A model generated the notes under the pieces. It ran no database searches and was not told the origin of the DNA. It was given only the letters and a program-made list of their open reading frames with translations. A stretch of DNA of 64,000 nt, taken from NCBI GenBank assembly GCA_014905635.1, contig JABVCE010000027.1, forward strand, positions 124,001 through 188,000, in the 5' to 3' direction. Both the position numbers and the translations under genes were made by a program. Positions 1-13,100 of the stretch are shown in pieces. Positions within the stretch are counted from its first letter, which is position 1, and each line of letters begins with the position of its first letter. This DNA is from Scenedesmus sp. PABB004. Lineage: Eukaryota.

Positions 1-172
1 CGCCGCCCGTCGTCGTCGCCGCCGTCAAGGGGGTGTCAAAGGGGTGCTGTCGTGTGGCGCCCCGCCCCGCCCCGCCCCGCCCCGCCGCCGCCGGGCCCGC
101 CCCGCCCCGGCCCGGCCCGCCCGTTCCGCGCGCGCCGCCGGCGCCGCGGCGCTCGCTCGCGCCCGCGCGCGC

Positions 173-3100
173 TTACTTGCCGCCGCCGCTGCCCACGAGT
201 GCGCGCAGCTGCGTCGCGAGCGCGCTGTCAGTCGCGAGCACCGCCTGCAGGCCCTTGATGAGCCCCTCCTTGCCCTCGCCCGTCGCGACCATGTCGCGCA
301 CGAGCCGCGCCGCCGCCTGGCTGCGCAGCGCCTTGAGCTCCACCGCGATCTGCGCCTTGCCGCCGGGCGACTCGGCCCACGCCAGCAGCGCCGCGTCGCT
401 CGCGAGCAGCGCCTCGTACAGGCTGCCCACGTCGCCGCCCGCCGCGGCCGCCGCGGCGGCCGCCGCCGCCGCCGCGACCGCGGGCGCCGCGCCGCCGCCG
501 CTGCCGGCGCCGCCGGGCGCGCCGCCGCCGCCGCCGCCGGCCGCGGCGCTGCTGCCCCACGCGAGCTCGTCGTGCAGCCCGCTGCCGGCCATGCTGCTCC
601 ACGCGCGCACCATCGCGATCGCCTGGCGGCGGCTGATGCTCACGTCGGTGCTCGCGACGTGCCGGATCAGCCCCTCCTCGGTGAGGCGGCGCTTGAGGCG
701 CAGCGCGAAGAACCGCCGCGCCTCGCGCCAGGGCACCACGCCGGAGAGCACGCCCTTGGCGTACATGCGCGCGGGCGTGTCGTGCATGTCGGCGAAGCGC
801 AGCGCCATCTGCTGGTACGCCGGCAGCAGCGCCTTCTCGCGCGCGCGGATCGCGGCGTCCGCCATCGCGCCGCCCGCGGCCTTGTGGCGCCGGATGACCG
901 GGTCCAGCCTGCGCACGCGTGAAACGGGGCGGGGAGCGAGGGGAGCGAGGGGAGCGAGGGGAGTGAGAGGAGGGCGAGCGAGCGCGGCGGCGGCGCGCGC
1001 GTGCGCGAGGAAAGGGGCAGGCGCCGCGCCGCGCGGCAGCCCTGCGCGCCTTGCCGCCCCGCTGCCCCTCTGCTCCCCCCTCCCTCCGCCCGGCACCCAC
1101 GCGGCACACCCACACCCAGTCAAGCGCCGCGCACCTGTGCATCGTCGCGAGCAGGTCGCGCTCGCGGTACTTGATCTCCACGACGCCCTCGGGCTCGAGC
1201 ACGCCGCCGCGGGCGCGCGGGTCGGCAAACGTCTCGATGTGCGTCGGGTTGATCTGTGTGGTGGGTGGGGGAGGAGGGGCGGGGCTCAGGGCTCAGGGCT
1301 CGGGGCTTATCAGGGCTTGTCAGGGCTCGGGGCGCTCGCGGGCGCGGGCTGGCCGGCGCCACGCGGGGGAGGGAGCGAAGGAGGGGCGGCAACGCAACGC
1401 AGGGCTGCCGCCGCCGCGGGCTGCCGCCGCCGCCGCGCGGGCTGGTGGTCTCGCTCCCACCCACCTGGCTGTCGACGACGACCCACGCGCCGCCGCGCAG
1501 CTCCGCGCCGCAGGGGATGTAGACAAACACGGGCTGCTTGTACACGCGGAGCTGCTCCACGATGAGGCTGCCCGCCTGCAGCACGCCATCAAACAGGTCG
1601 CGCTGCCCGCCCGCAAAGCCGCGCCAGTTGGCGAGGATGAAGAGCGGCAGGCCCTCGCGGTCAAACTCTTCGATCGCCTGCGCCGTCTTGTCGGCGCTGT
1701 CGGGGAACCACACCTGCGCGCGGGTGCGGGGGGCGGCGGGGCGCGACGGGGGCGGCGCCGAGGGGGGCGGTGAGAAGGGGGGGGGGGCGGTGAGGACGGG
1801 AGGGACGGCTGTGAGGAGGGGGCTGGCAAAGAGAGCAAGGGAGGGTGGAAGAGGGCACGGCGGCGCACAGGGCGCGCGGGCGGCGCGCGCACCTGGCCGG
1901 CCTGGGGGATGGAGGTCTCGCTGCTGTCCAGCATGCCGGGGTCGGCCGGCACCACGCGCGTCACCGTCTGCGGCGGCGAGCGGGGGACGGGGGCAGGCAG
2001 GGGTTGGTTGGGGGGTGAGTCGGGGGAGGGAGCGGGCCGGCGCGGCGCGGCGCGGCGGCGCTGCGCTGCTGCGCCACTGCGCTGCTGCGCTGCCGCGTCT
2101 GCGGCTCGGGCGGGCGCGGCCGGGCGGCCCACCTGCGTCTCGACCGCGATGACGCCGACTGGGATGCCGCCGAGGCGGGCCCGCCCTGTGACGACGGTGC
2201 GGGCCCAGCCGGCCTGGGCCTCGGTGAAGCTGTTCTTGTCAAACAGGCCGCTCTCCCACCCGGCCTCGCCGCCCTCGCGCCCTGCGCGCAGCGGACGGAC
2301 GCCGCGGCGTCGGCGGGCGGGCAGCGTCAGCGTGCAGCACGAGGCGGCGGGGCGGCCGGGCGCGCAGGCGCGCGCGCGCGCGGCGCGCGCCGAGCCGCGG
2401 CGCCCCGGCGGCGCCCCGGCGGTGGGCGAGTCTGTTCAGCCCGAGCTGAAGACACTGGGCCACGGCCGGGGCGCCGCCCGGGCGCGGCCGGCAGCAGACA
2501 ACACACGCTGGATCAAGCAAACGGCCGGCCAGCAGCAGACAGCCGGCAGCCCGCGCGCGGCAGCCCGCGGCGGCAGGCGGCAGCCCGCGCGCGGCGCGCG
2601 CGGCGGCGCGTGGGCGCGCACCGCTGATGGCGGCGCGCGGGTCGAGCTTCTCGTGCGCCTCGGGCGCGTACGCGACGGGGCGGTCGAGCGGGTCGTTGGT
2701 CGGCAGCAGCGGCGGCTCCGCGCCGAGCTGGGGCGGGCAGTAGGAGAGCCAGCGCAGGATGGTGGCCGCGCCCTCGAGGTCGTCGTCGACGACGTAGTGG
2801 CTCACGCCGTTCTCGCCCATCACGCGGGGGCCGCCGAGCTGCATCTGGCTCGTATAGACCTGGCAGGGTTTAGGGGGGCGGGGTGGCGCGGGGTGGCGCG
2901 GGGCGGGGGAGGCAGGTGAGGGGTTTGAGGTGCGTGGGCCGGCGGCAGGCGCCCCGCCCCCTTGCGCCCAGTCCAAAGGGAGGGCTCGGGGTGAGAGGGC
3001 TCAACAGAAGCCGGCCGCCGCCGCCGCTCTGCGGCCGTGCGCGCCCCGCGGTCACCTGGCGACCGAGGACCTTGTTGAGCGCGTTGTAGCCGGTGAGGAT

Positions 3101-6100
3101 GATGGGCTGGTCGCTGCGCTGCACGCAGCGCCGCCCCAGGCGCGCGAGGTAGGCGCCGATGCCGACGGTGCGCCCGCTGACGAGCGTGATGGTAAAGCCC
3201 TCGCGCCACGCCCTGGCAGGTGGGTGTGGTGGTGGGTGTGGTGGGTGGGCGGCGGTGGGCGGCGGTGTGGAGTGGTGGGTGGCGGCGTGGGTGGGGCGCT
3301 GGGCGGGCGCCGCGCCGCCGCGCCGCCGCCGCCGCGCCCTGCACCGCCGCCGTGGCTCCGCACCGCCGCCGCCCACCCACACGCACGCGCAGCACACACC
3401 CACACAGCGCAGCGGCCGCACCTGCAGAAGAGCGTGCCGATCGCGGCGGAGCCGCTGAGGTTCTCCACGCCGAGCCCGTCCTCCGCGCCGATGATGTCGG
3501 ACACCACCCAGCGCCGCTCGCCGCCGGGCGCGGTCAGCGCCTCGGCCTTGACGCTGCCCTTGAGGCGCGCGTGGTCGTCGTCGCTGAGGTACACATAGGC
3601 CAGACCCTTGGTGGGGTCCTCCTCGCTCACCCACGCGAGCTGCAGCGCGTCGCGGACCTCGCCCGCGACGCCGACGCGCGCGCCAGAGTTCGCGGCGAGG
3701 TAGACCAGCGGCAGCCGCTCCGCGAGCGCGAGCTCACCCGCAGCCCTGGCGGCGGGGTCGGGTGTGGTGCGGTGCGTGGTGCGTGGCGGTGGGGCGCGGC
3801 CGCGGCGGCGTGAGCGGGCGCGGGCGGCGGGGGACGGCCGCGCGGGGCGCGGCCGAGGGCGGCGGCCGAGGGCGGCACAGGCGCGCGCGCGCGCGCGCGG
3901 CCGCCGCAGCCAGCCCAGCGCTCAGCCAGCGCAGCGCAGCGCGGGCCGCGCACCTGAACAGCGCGTCCTCGCGCGGCCCAAACGCGCCCGACTGGTGCGT
4001 GATGTCGTTGGCGACCGCGATGACCTGGCGGCCCTGCTGGCACTCGGGCGTCTTGAGCGTCACGTGCCACGCGACCATGCCGACGTCGTTCTGCCCGGGG
4101 CCGCGGCTCACGCGCGCGAGGCGCAGCGCGTTGGACGCAAAGTGCTGCTCGCTGCCGGGCGCGAGCACGAGCTCGTGCGCCTCCACGAGCCGCCCCGGCG
4201 GCGGCATGCTCTGCGGCTCGCCCGCCGCCGCGCGCGCGGCCCACGCGCCGCGCAGCGCGTTCTCAAACACGCTGGGGAAGTCATAGCAGTACGTGGTGTT
4301 GTGCCGCCGCGCGGCGAGGCGCTTCTGCTGCAGCGCCTGCGTGTGTGCGAGGGTGAGCCGGGGAGGGGGAGAGGGGGTGAGCGAGGCGAGGCGAGAGCGG
4401 ACAGAGGGAGGCCCCGCGCGCCGTGCGGTGCGCGCCGTGCTGCGCCCGCCACGCCGCGCCCGCTGCCGCAGCAGCAACAGCACACACACGCGCGCTGTGC
4501 GTGCTGTGCGTGCTGTGCACACGCATGCTCGCGCGCACCTCGAGGGCGGGGTATGGCTCCAGGATGGGGCGGCCGTGCAGGCCGGCGGGGCTGGCCGGCG
4601 CGACGCCGTCGTGGGAGGGCAGCACATACACGAGGCCCCCCTCGGGCGTGAGCGCCTCGCGGTACACCTCCACATGCTCCTCGCCCGCCTCGTGGCCTGG
4701 GGGCGGCGCGTGCGTGTGCGCGCGCGTGAGCAGCAGGCAGCGGGCGCGGAGCAGGGCCCAGGCAGCGCGCAGTGTGCCGGCGGCGGGCGGCAGCGGCGGC
4801 GGCGGCGGCTGGCCGGCCCAGAAGCCCCGCGCCGCACCGGTGGGGCACGACACGAGCAGGCGCCACGCGCCGCCGGGGACGCGGAAGCGCATCTCCCACA
4901 CCGCGACGCCGGCGGAGCGGAAGAGCCCGTTGTGCTTGGCCACGAGCGCGGCGCACGCGCTGCGCAGCGCGCCCGCGACGCGGCCCTCGTCCACGTTGTG
5001 CAGCGGCAGCACCGGCAGCACCGAGTGGTAGATGTGCACCCAGTCGCTGCGCCCCGTCACGCCGCAGTGGTCGGGCGCGGGGCGCGTGAGCTCCTCCAGG
5101 CAGTTGGTCTGCGGCGGTGCCGCGGCGGCGGCGGCGGCGCGGCGGCGGCGCGCGGCGTGAGCGTCGGTGGCCAGGCGGGCGGGCGGGCACGCGGGCGCAC
5201 GGCGCCGCGCTGGGGCCTGGGGAGCCACGCCGGCGCGCCGGCGCGGCGCCGCCGCCCCGCGCGCCCCCGAGCGGCGGCGCGGCGAGCGGCGCGGCGAGCG
5301 GCGCACCAGCGCCTCCTCCAGCTCCTCCACCGCCGCCGAGGCGACCTTCTCGGCGTTACCGCTGTACGTCGCCGCCAGCATCGCGGGGCTGCCCAGCTGG
5401 CGCACGAGGCCGCGCAGGAAGGTGCGGCGCAGGCTCGGCGCGCGCTGGTCCTTGCGCTCGGTCGCGTTGTACATGTGCCACTGCCGGTTGCGGCTCGGCG
5501 TGTATACGACCTGCTGGCTCGCCAGCTTGTCCAGCTCGAGCAGGCACGCCACGGGCGCCTCGACCTGGCGGCGACGCGGCGGGCGGCGCGCGCGGCGGCG
5601 GCGGCGGCGGAAGACGTGAGCGCCGGGCCGCTGCCGCACGCGCGGGGCGCGGCCCCTCCCTCCCTCCCGCGCGGCCCGCGCCGCGCCGCGCAGCCGCCGC
5701 ACCTGGCGCAGGCAGGGCTCAAACGCAAACGCCGCCTTGGCCGCGTCCCACACAAACGCGTTGCGCACGGGCATAAGCGCCGCGGCGGCGAGCACGCTGA
5801 CGGTGCCCACGCGCATCGCGCTCAGCGTCGGCGTCGCGTCCTGCACCGCCGCCGCGACGACGCGCGCGATCTGCTTTGGCGTCGCCGTGCTGCCCGGGCC
5901 GCCCGAGCTGATGAGCTCGACGCTGCTGAACTCAGCCGCGTCGCAGCCGAGCAGCGGCGCGCCGCTCGAGAGCAGCGCGGCCGCGCTGTCGCTGACGGCG
6001 AGGCAGTCGTTGCCGTTGCACACGGCGATGTGCAGCACGCTGCCCGCGGGGTCGACGCGCGCCTGGCTCGCGAGCCCGGCGATCGCGGCGCCCACGACCT

Positions 6101-9100
6101 GCAGGCCGCGCCCGAGCTCGCGCAGGCTGGGCAGCACCAGGAACGCGCCCATGGTCTGGCGCCGCGCCTCGGTCTGCGCGGTGCGGGGGTCGTGGAACAT
6201 CCACGTCGCGCTCAGCAGGCTGCCGCACTGGTTGACCTGCGGCAGGCGCGGCGCGCGGGCGCGGGCGGCAGGCGGGCGGGTGGGCGCGCGCAGCGCGGGC
6301 AGCGCGCGCAGCACGCCCTCTCCCTCCCTCTCTCCCTCCCTCGCCCCCGTCCCACCACCCCTAACAGACACCACCAGCCCCCCATCGCCCTCTCCATGCT
6401 CTCCATCCATGCTCTCCATCCATGCTCTCCATCCATGCGCTCACCTGGGGCTCGCACATGAGGAAGGGGTGGTACACGCGCTTCACGTACGTCACCAGCG
6501 CGCGGTACTGCAGCGCGTGGTACTTGTCCTGGTTGTCAACGATCAGGCTCGCCAGCGCCTCCTCGACCGCCGCTGGCGCGGCGACGAGCGTCTCGATCTT
6601 GTGCTCCACCGCGGGCGTGATCGCGCCGCCGGTGCTCGAGTGCCGGTGCGGCGACGCGGCGCGCGGGGCCATGAGGCCGGTCAGGCCCGTGAACACGCCC
6701 TCCCGCATCGTCGCCTTGCGCGGCACGACGGTCGAGCCGCCGGCCATGCCGGTGCGGCCGCTCGCGGTGCCGGCAAAGTCGCCGGAGACCTGGGGGCTGA
6801 ACGGCGTGACGACGCCGGACGAGACCGTGGGGCTGAGCTTGCCGTCGGCCTCGCTGAACATGTCGAGCCCGCTCAGCGCGCGCGCGACGACGGCGCGCAG
6901 GTCGGCGAGCAGGGACACCTCCTGCGGTGGGCGCGCGCGCGGGGGCGCCGGGGCGGGGCGGCGGGAGGGGCGTGAGCGGGCGCGAGCGGGCGTGAGCGGG
7001 CGTGATGAGGGGGGGGGGGGGGGGGGGGAGGCCGAGCGCGCGGCGGCGCAGGCAGGCGCGGCGCCGCAGCGCAGCGCAGCGCGGCGCGGCGCGGCACAGC
7101 ACGGCGGCGCGCCGCGGCGCACCAGGAGCTGCTGCGCGCGCAGCGCAACCTCCGCGGTCGCCTTGGAGCTGAGCGCGGCGAAGCGGCGCAGCAGGGCGCG
7201 GTAGGGCACGGGCGCGGGCAGCACGAGCGTGGAGAGGATGCGCTTGACCAGCTCCATCTTGTGGGCCAGGCCCTGGTGGCTGATCACCATGTCCAGCACC
7301 GCCTGGGGGCCAGAGGGGGGGGGGGGGTCAGTGGGCGGCGGCGGGCGCAGGGTGGCGGGCGCAGGCGTCGCCGTCCCGGCGCGCCGCGGCCGCGCCCCAC
7401 CACCCCCGCCCCCGCCCTCCCGGCCGGCCCCGCGCCGGGGCCCCGCGCGGCGCCGTCGCGGCCCCAGCCCCGCGCCAGCCCCCGCCGCGCCGCCGCCGCG
7501 CCGCGCGCGAAACCCCCGCGGCGTGCCTGGTGGTCGTTGGGGTAGCTCTTGCGCAGCGCGTCGATCATCTCCTGCTCGGTCGTGAGGCCGACGCTGCTCT
7601 GGAACTTCTCCTCCACGTCGGCAAAGAGGCTCAGCACCTGGGGGCGGGGTTCAGGGTTTCGGGTTGAGAGGGCGGGCGGCGGCGGGACGGGGTTTAGGGG
7701 GCGCAACCAAAACCCTCGTCGGCCTTTCCCCGGCCGCGTGGGGCCTTTTGCCCTCCGCGGCGCCGCGGCGCAGGCGCACCTCCTGCACGATGGAGCGCGC
7801 GTACTCCTCCGGGCCGCGCGCGTGCGCCTTGGCCACGCGCACGAGCGGGTCGAGCTGCTGCTTCAGCATGCCCTGGTCCCCGGGCGGCGCGGCCTGCGGG
7901 CGGGGCGGGGCGGGGCGGGGACGCGCCGCGGGCAGGGGCGGGGGCAGGGGGCGACGGGTCAGCCGGCAGGGCTGGCGCGCGCTGGGCAGCGTCCGCGCCG
8001 CGCCGCCGCGCCGCCGCGTGCGTGCCCCTGCACCGCTCCGCTGCACCGCCCCCGCCGCGGCGGCGGCGCCTCACGTCGACGGCCTCGCGCAGCAGGCGGA
8101 TGAGCGTGCGGCCAGGGAACTCGGTGCTCAGCCGGTCGGCGCTGAGCGCGCTGTTGAGCGCGAGCTCGTGCTCGCTGGTCACGGCGTTGAGCTTGGGCGC
8201 GAGCCCCTGGGGCAGGCGGTTCTCGACGAAGCTGAACTCCTCGTTCCACTGCAGCAGCGGCAGCGCGGGGTGGTCCAGGCAGGAGACCAGCTCCTCCAGG
8301 ATGTCGTCGACCGGGTAGTTGTAGCCTGGGGGCAGGGTTTAGGCGGGCGGGCGGGCGGCGGGGTTTAGCGGGCTGCGCGCGTTGGGAGTCGGGGCGCGGC
8401 TGAACGGCGGGCGGGCAGGGGCGCGGGGGGGAGCCAGCGGCGGCGCGCGGCCCATGCGGCGCCGCCGGCGCCCGCCCCGCCGCCCCGCGCCGTGCAGGCC
8501 CCGGCCCCGCGCGGCGCCCTACACCCCCGCGCACCGGCCATGATCATCTTGGCGGCGTTGAGCGCCTGCCGGAAGCGGTAGTCCACGCGGTCGCAGTGCA
8601 CCTGGGGCGGCCCCAGCGGCGGGAGGCCCGCAGTGAACCTGCGCGCGCGCGCGCGCGCGCGCGGCGGCGGCGGCGGCGGCGGCGGCGTGGGGCGCGAGCG
8701 CGGCGGGGGCAGGGAGGGCAGCACGCCAACCCGCGGACCGGCGCGCTCAACCCACCAACCAAAAAGCGACACCCTCCCCCGCGCCCTGCAAAACACACAC
8801 ACACACACACACACACAGTCGAACCCAAACCAAGCGCCCCCCCCAAAAAGGCGCCGCGGCGTCGCGCGCGCGCGCGTGTCTCCCTCCCTCCCCCCCTAAA
8901 GGCAAGTGAGAGGGCCCCTCTCACTTGGTCGCGACCTTGACCTTGCTGGGGTCGTCCAGGGCCATGACCGCGATGACCTGCCCCGCCGCGAGCGCGGCGC
9001 CCTCGTTGACGCTAAAGTGGATCACGCCCGCCGCGGGGCAGAGCTGCGGCATGATCATCTGCGCGCGCGCGTGGGGCGCGGGGCGCGTGTGAGCGGTTGT

Positions 9101-10131
9101 GGGTGTGTGAGCGCGTGTGTGCGAGCGTGTGTTTGGGGGAGAGGGGGGGGGGTGAGGCGCCGGAGCGTGAGCGTGAGCTGCCCGGGCGCGGCGGCGAGGC
9201 CCGCGTGCCCCCTGCTCCACGTGCCCGCCAAGCACCAACCCAACCCCTAAAAACCCTAAACCCTGAGCCCTCCACTACCCCCCCCCCACCTTCATGACCT
9301 CCACCTCGGCGTAGGGCTGCCCCGCGGCCACGTGCTCCCCGTCCGCGACGAGCATGCGCACGAGCTTGCCGGGGCTCTGCGCGCGCGCGCGGGCGGGGTC
9401 CAGCGCCGCGGCGGCGGCGCGGGGCTCGGCGCCACCCCAGGGCGTCGCCCGGGGCGCGCGCCCCGGCTCGGCCCCCTGCCCACAGCTGCCCCCCGCCCGC
9501 GCCGCGCGCCGCGCGCCGCGGGCCGCCCCCCCCCCTCCCCGCCCCGGCCCCCGCCCCACCTGCGCGACGAGGCGGCTGGGGTCGGCCTCCTTGGCAATGA
9601 GGCAGGAGAGCGTGTCCATCACCAGCCGCGTGCCCATCGCCTCCTCCTCAGTGTGCAGCACGTGGCCCTCGCCGTCAACCTGCGCCGCAGCGGGCGGCGG
9701 GCGGCGGGCGGTCAGCGCGCGCGGCGCGGTCGGCGCGGTCGGCGCGCCGGCCTCGCCGGCCTCGCGGCGGCGGCGGGCGCAAACATCCGCCCCCGCGCGC
9801 GCCGCGCGCGCCGCCCAGCCCCGCCCCCGCAGCGCACGCAGCCCAGCCCCTGCCTAAACCCCGCCGCGCCCACGCCGCGCCGCGCGCGCGCGCCTGCAGC
9901 AGGAAGCCGCCGTCGCCGAGCTTGCGCGCCCAGACGTCGACGTTGGTGTCGTTGACGGCGACGTTGAAGATGAACGGCGCGCGGCGGATGACGCGCACGT
10001 GGTACTTGGTGTCGTCGATCACCAGGTCGTCCTGTGCCGTGACGGCGGTTTAGGGCGGCGTTGAGGGCGGGGTTTAGGGCGGGGTTTGTTGAGGGGGGTT
10101 ATTGAGGGGGCGCGCGGCAAGGCGTCACACA

Positions 10132-10167
<36 letters not shown>

Positions 10168-13100
10168 CACGCACAAAACAAAACACACGAGCAGCCACAC
10201 CGCGCGCGCGCGAGCCACCGCGCGCGGCGCCCAGGCCCACCTGGAAGTAGATGAGGCTGATGTCGGGCGGCGGCAGCTGGCCCTTGGCGAGGAAGCCCAG
10301 GTACTCGGCCGCCTTGCACGCAAACGCCTCGTGCGCGCGCACCGCGGCGGCGCCGATGACGCACAGGTGCCACGGCGGGCGCTCGGCCTTGACGTTGGCC
10401 GCGATGCGGCTGTCCAGCCAGCCGGTGTGGATGTCGTTGTTCACAAACTCGGGGCTCTGGGGGGTGGGGTTGGAGGGCGCGGCGGCGGGCGGACGGGTCA
10501 GCCGGGGATCGGCGGCGGGTCGGCGGCGGCGCGCGCGCCCGCCAGAGCCCCGGCCGGGGTTCAGGGGCCCAGGCCCCCCAGGTTGAGGCGCCCGTAAGCC
10601 CCTGCCGCCGCCGCCGCCCCCGCCGCGGCGCGCGCCTGCAGCATGTCTGCCGCGTAGTCGATGATGGTGTGGATCTCCCCCCGCACGCGCACGTCGCGCA
10701 GCGCGACCACCATCGCGCGCGTCGCCGCCTCGCGCGTCGGGCCCTGCGCAAAGAGGTGACCAAACTGCGCGCGGCGCGCGGCGGCGGGGTGCGGGAGCGC
10801 GGGGCGGTGCGAGGGAGCGGGGTGAGCGCCGGCGCGCGCGGCGGCGCCGCGTGCGCTGCGGCCGCTCCCGCCCCGCCGCGCAGCGGCCCAGGCCGGCGCG
10901 CCCACCACCGCCCGCGCCCCCTGAAACCCACCGTCCTAAACCCCAAACCCCGCACCCCAAACCCTGGTCCCCCCCCCCCCCGCGCCGCACCTGGCTGTCG
11001 CTGTACTCGTGGATGCCGCCGCCGCCCTTGACGCTGAAGTAGCCCCACACCTCGGGCGTGGGCTTGAACACGACCTGGGGGCGGCGGCGAGGGCAGGCGG
11101 CGGGGGCGGCGGGCGCGGGTGAGGGGGGGTGGAGGCGGGCGGGCGCGCGAGGGCGATGTGCCATCGCGAGCCAACAGAAACGCGGCGCGCAGCACGCAGG
11201 CCGCAGCACCCAGCGCGCGGCGTGGCGGCGCGGCGCACCTCGTCGACGCGGCCCGCGGTGGGCTTGAAGCCGTCGCCCGCGTTCTCGCTCGTGATGCGCA
11301 CCGCGACGACGTGCTTGGCGGGCAGGCGCTGCGGCGTGGTCTCGAGGTCGAAAAAGTCAGAGCCTGGGCAGGGCGGGTGCGAGTGCGTGGGCGGGCGGGG
11401 AGGAGTGAGTGAGTGGAGGAGGGAGGGGCGCGGGTGAGGGAGGGGCGCATGAGCGGGGCGCGAGCGTGCGAGGGAGGCGCGCGTGCGTGAGGGCGCGAGT
11501 GCGTGAGGAGGGGCGTGAGTGGTGCACGCCCTGGCTGCCAACACCGCTGGCCAGCGCATTCACCACACACGCCGCTCATCACGCACTCGAGCCCTCACCA
11601 CCCACACCCACCCACACACACACACACGCACACCCACACGCGCGCGCAGCCAGCGCCGCGCGCACCCGCGGGGTCCATGCTGAACGACTGGCGTATGCCG
11701 GGCATGCGCCAGAGGGGGATGCCCATGCCGACCATGAGCTGCAGGCTGGGGATGTTGGTGTCGGTGATGCCCTCCGTCACCGGGTGCTCCACCTAGCAGG
11801 CGGCGCGGGCGGGGCGTGTGTGTGAGCGAGTGTGTGAGCGCGTGCGCGCGCGCGTGTGAGTGAGTGTGTGTGCCGCGCCGCGCCCCAGGCGAGGGGGCTC
11901 CCCGCCGCCCCCTCGACCGCCTCCCTTCCGCCCTTCCGCGCGGTCAAACGACCATAACATGACAACATGACAACATAACACACACAGTAACGCACCTGGA
12001 GGCGGGGGTTGAGCTCGAGGAAGCAGTACTTGCGCTCCTCAATGAGGTACAGGTACTCCACCGTCGCGGCGCCCACGTAGCCGACGCTGCGCGCGAGCGC
12101 GCGCGCGCAGCGCTCCATGTCGCGCAGGACCTGTGGGTGAAGCGGCGCGGGGTGTGGGCGGGCGGGCGGGCGGGGTGCGGGCGGGAGGGAGGAGCGGGGG
12201 TGTGGGCGAGGGCGGGGGGTGGTGCGCGAGGGCGGGGGGGGGGGGGGAGAGAGCCGGGCGCCGCCGCGCGCGCGCCGCTCCCCCTCCCCGCCGGCTGGCC
12301 CCTCCTCCCGCGCGCGCGCCGCGCCGCGCGTCACCTCCTGCGGCGCGGCCATGGCGGGCCCCTCCTCGATGATCTTCTGGTGGCGGCGCTGCACGCTGCA
12401 GTCGCGCGTGAAGAGGGAGACAACGTTGCCGTGCGCGTCGGCGACGAGCTGCACCTCCAGGTGCCGGCTCAGCGGCGCGAGCTTCATCGCAAAGATGGGG
12501 CTGCCGGGGACCTGTGGCGCCACGTCATGTGACGTGTGATGGGAGGGACAGGGGGCGGGGCGCGACGGCAGCGCGCGCGTGAGCAGAGCCCTCCTCCAGC
12601 AGAGCAGGGCCGGCGGGGGCCGACCGCCGCGCCGCGCCGCGCTCCCCCGCGCACGCCGCGCCGCGCCGCGCCGCCCGCCGCGCGGCGTGCAGCCCAGCCC
12701 CGCCCCCTCCCCTCCTCGCCGCCGGCGCCGCGCGTCGCACCTCGCCCTTGATCTGGTTGAACACCTGGCGGACCTCGTCGTCGCTGTGCACCTTGCGGAT
12801 GCCCTTGCCGCCGCCGCCCCAGCTCGCCTTGAGCATGATGGGGTACCTGGGGGTTTAGCAGAAAGGCGGGGGCGGGGGTTTAGCGAGAGGCGGGGGCGGG
12901 GGTTTAGGGAGGCTGAGGCGGGGCAGGCGTTGGAGAGGCGGCCCGGCGGCCCCCGGGCGCGGCCGCACGCGCGCTGCTGCTGCTGCCGCCCCCACGCGGC
13001 GCGCGGCGGCGCGCACCCGATGCGCTTGCAGCTCTCGATCGCCTCCTCCAGGCTCTCCACGCAGGCCTTGCGGTAGATCTCCTCAGGGATGTCGCCCTGC

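Noticed and set aside
6395..6438. CRISPR-like array (also 23020-23068 and 45105-45181)
   Set aside because: Head-to-tail repeats without unique spacers, no cas genes, eukaryotic intronic or UTR context.
6964..6976. Third copy of the hairpin element (GGAGGGGCGTGAG)
   Set aside because: Only 13 nt of low-complexity match and no partner arm found.
9059..9289. Broken biotinylation motif (EVMKV in the ORF track)
   Set aside because: An intron follows the Lys codon; splicing restores EVMKM.
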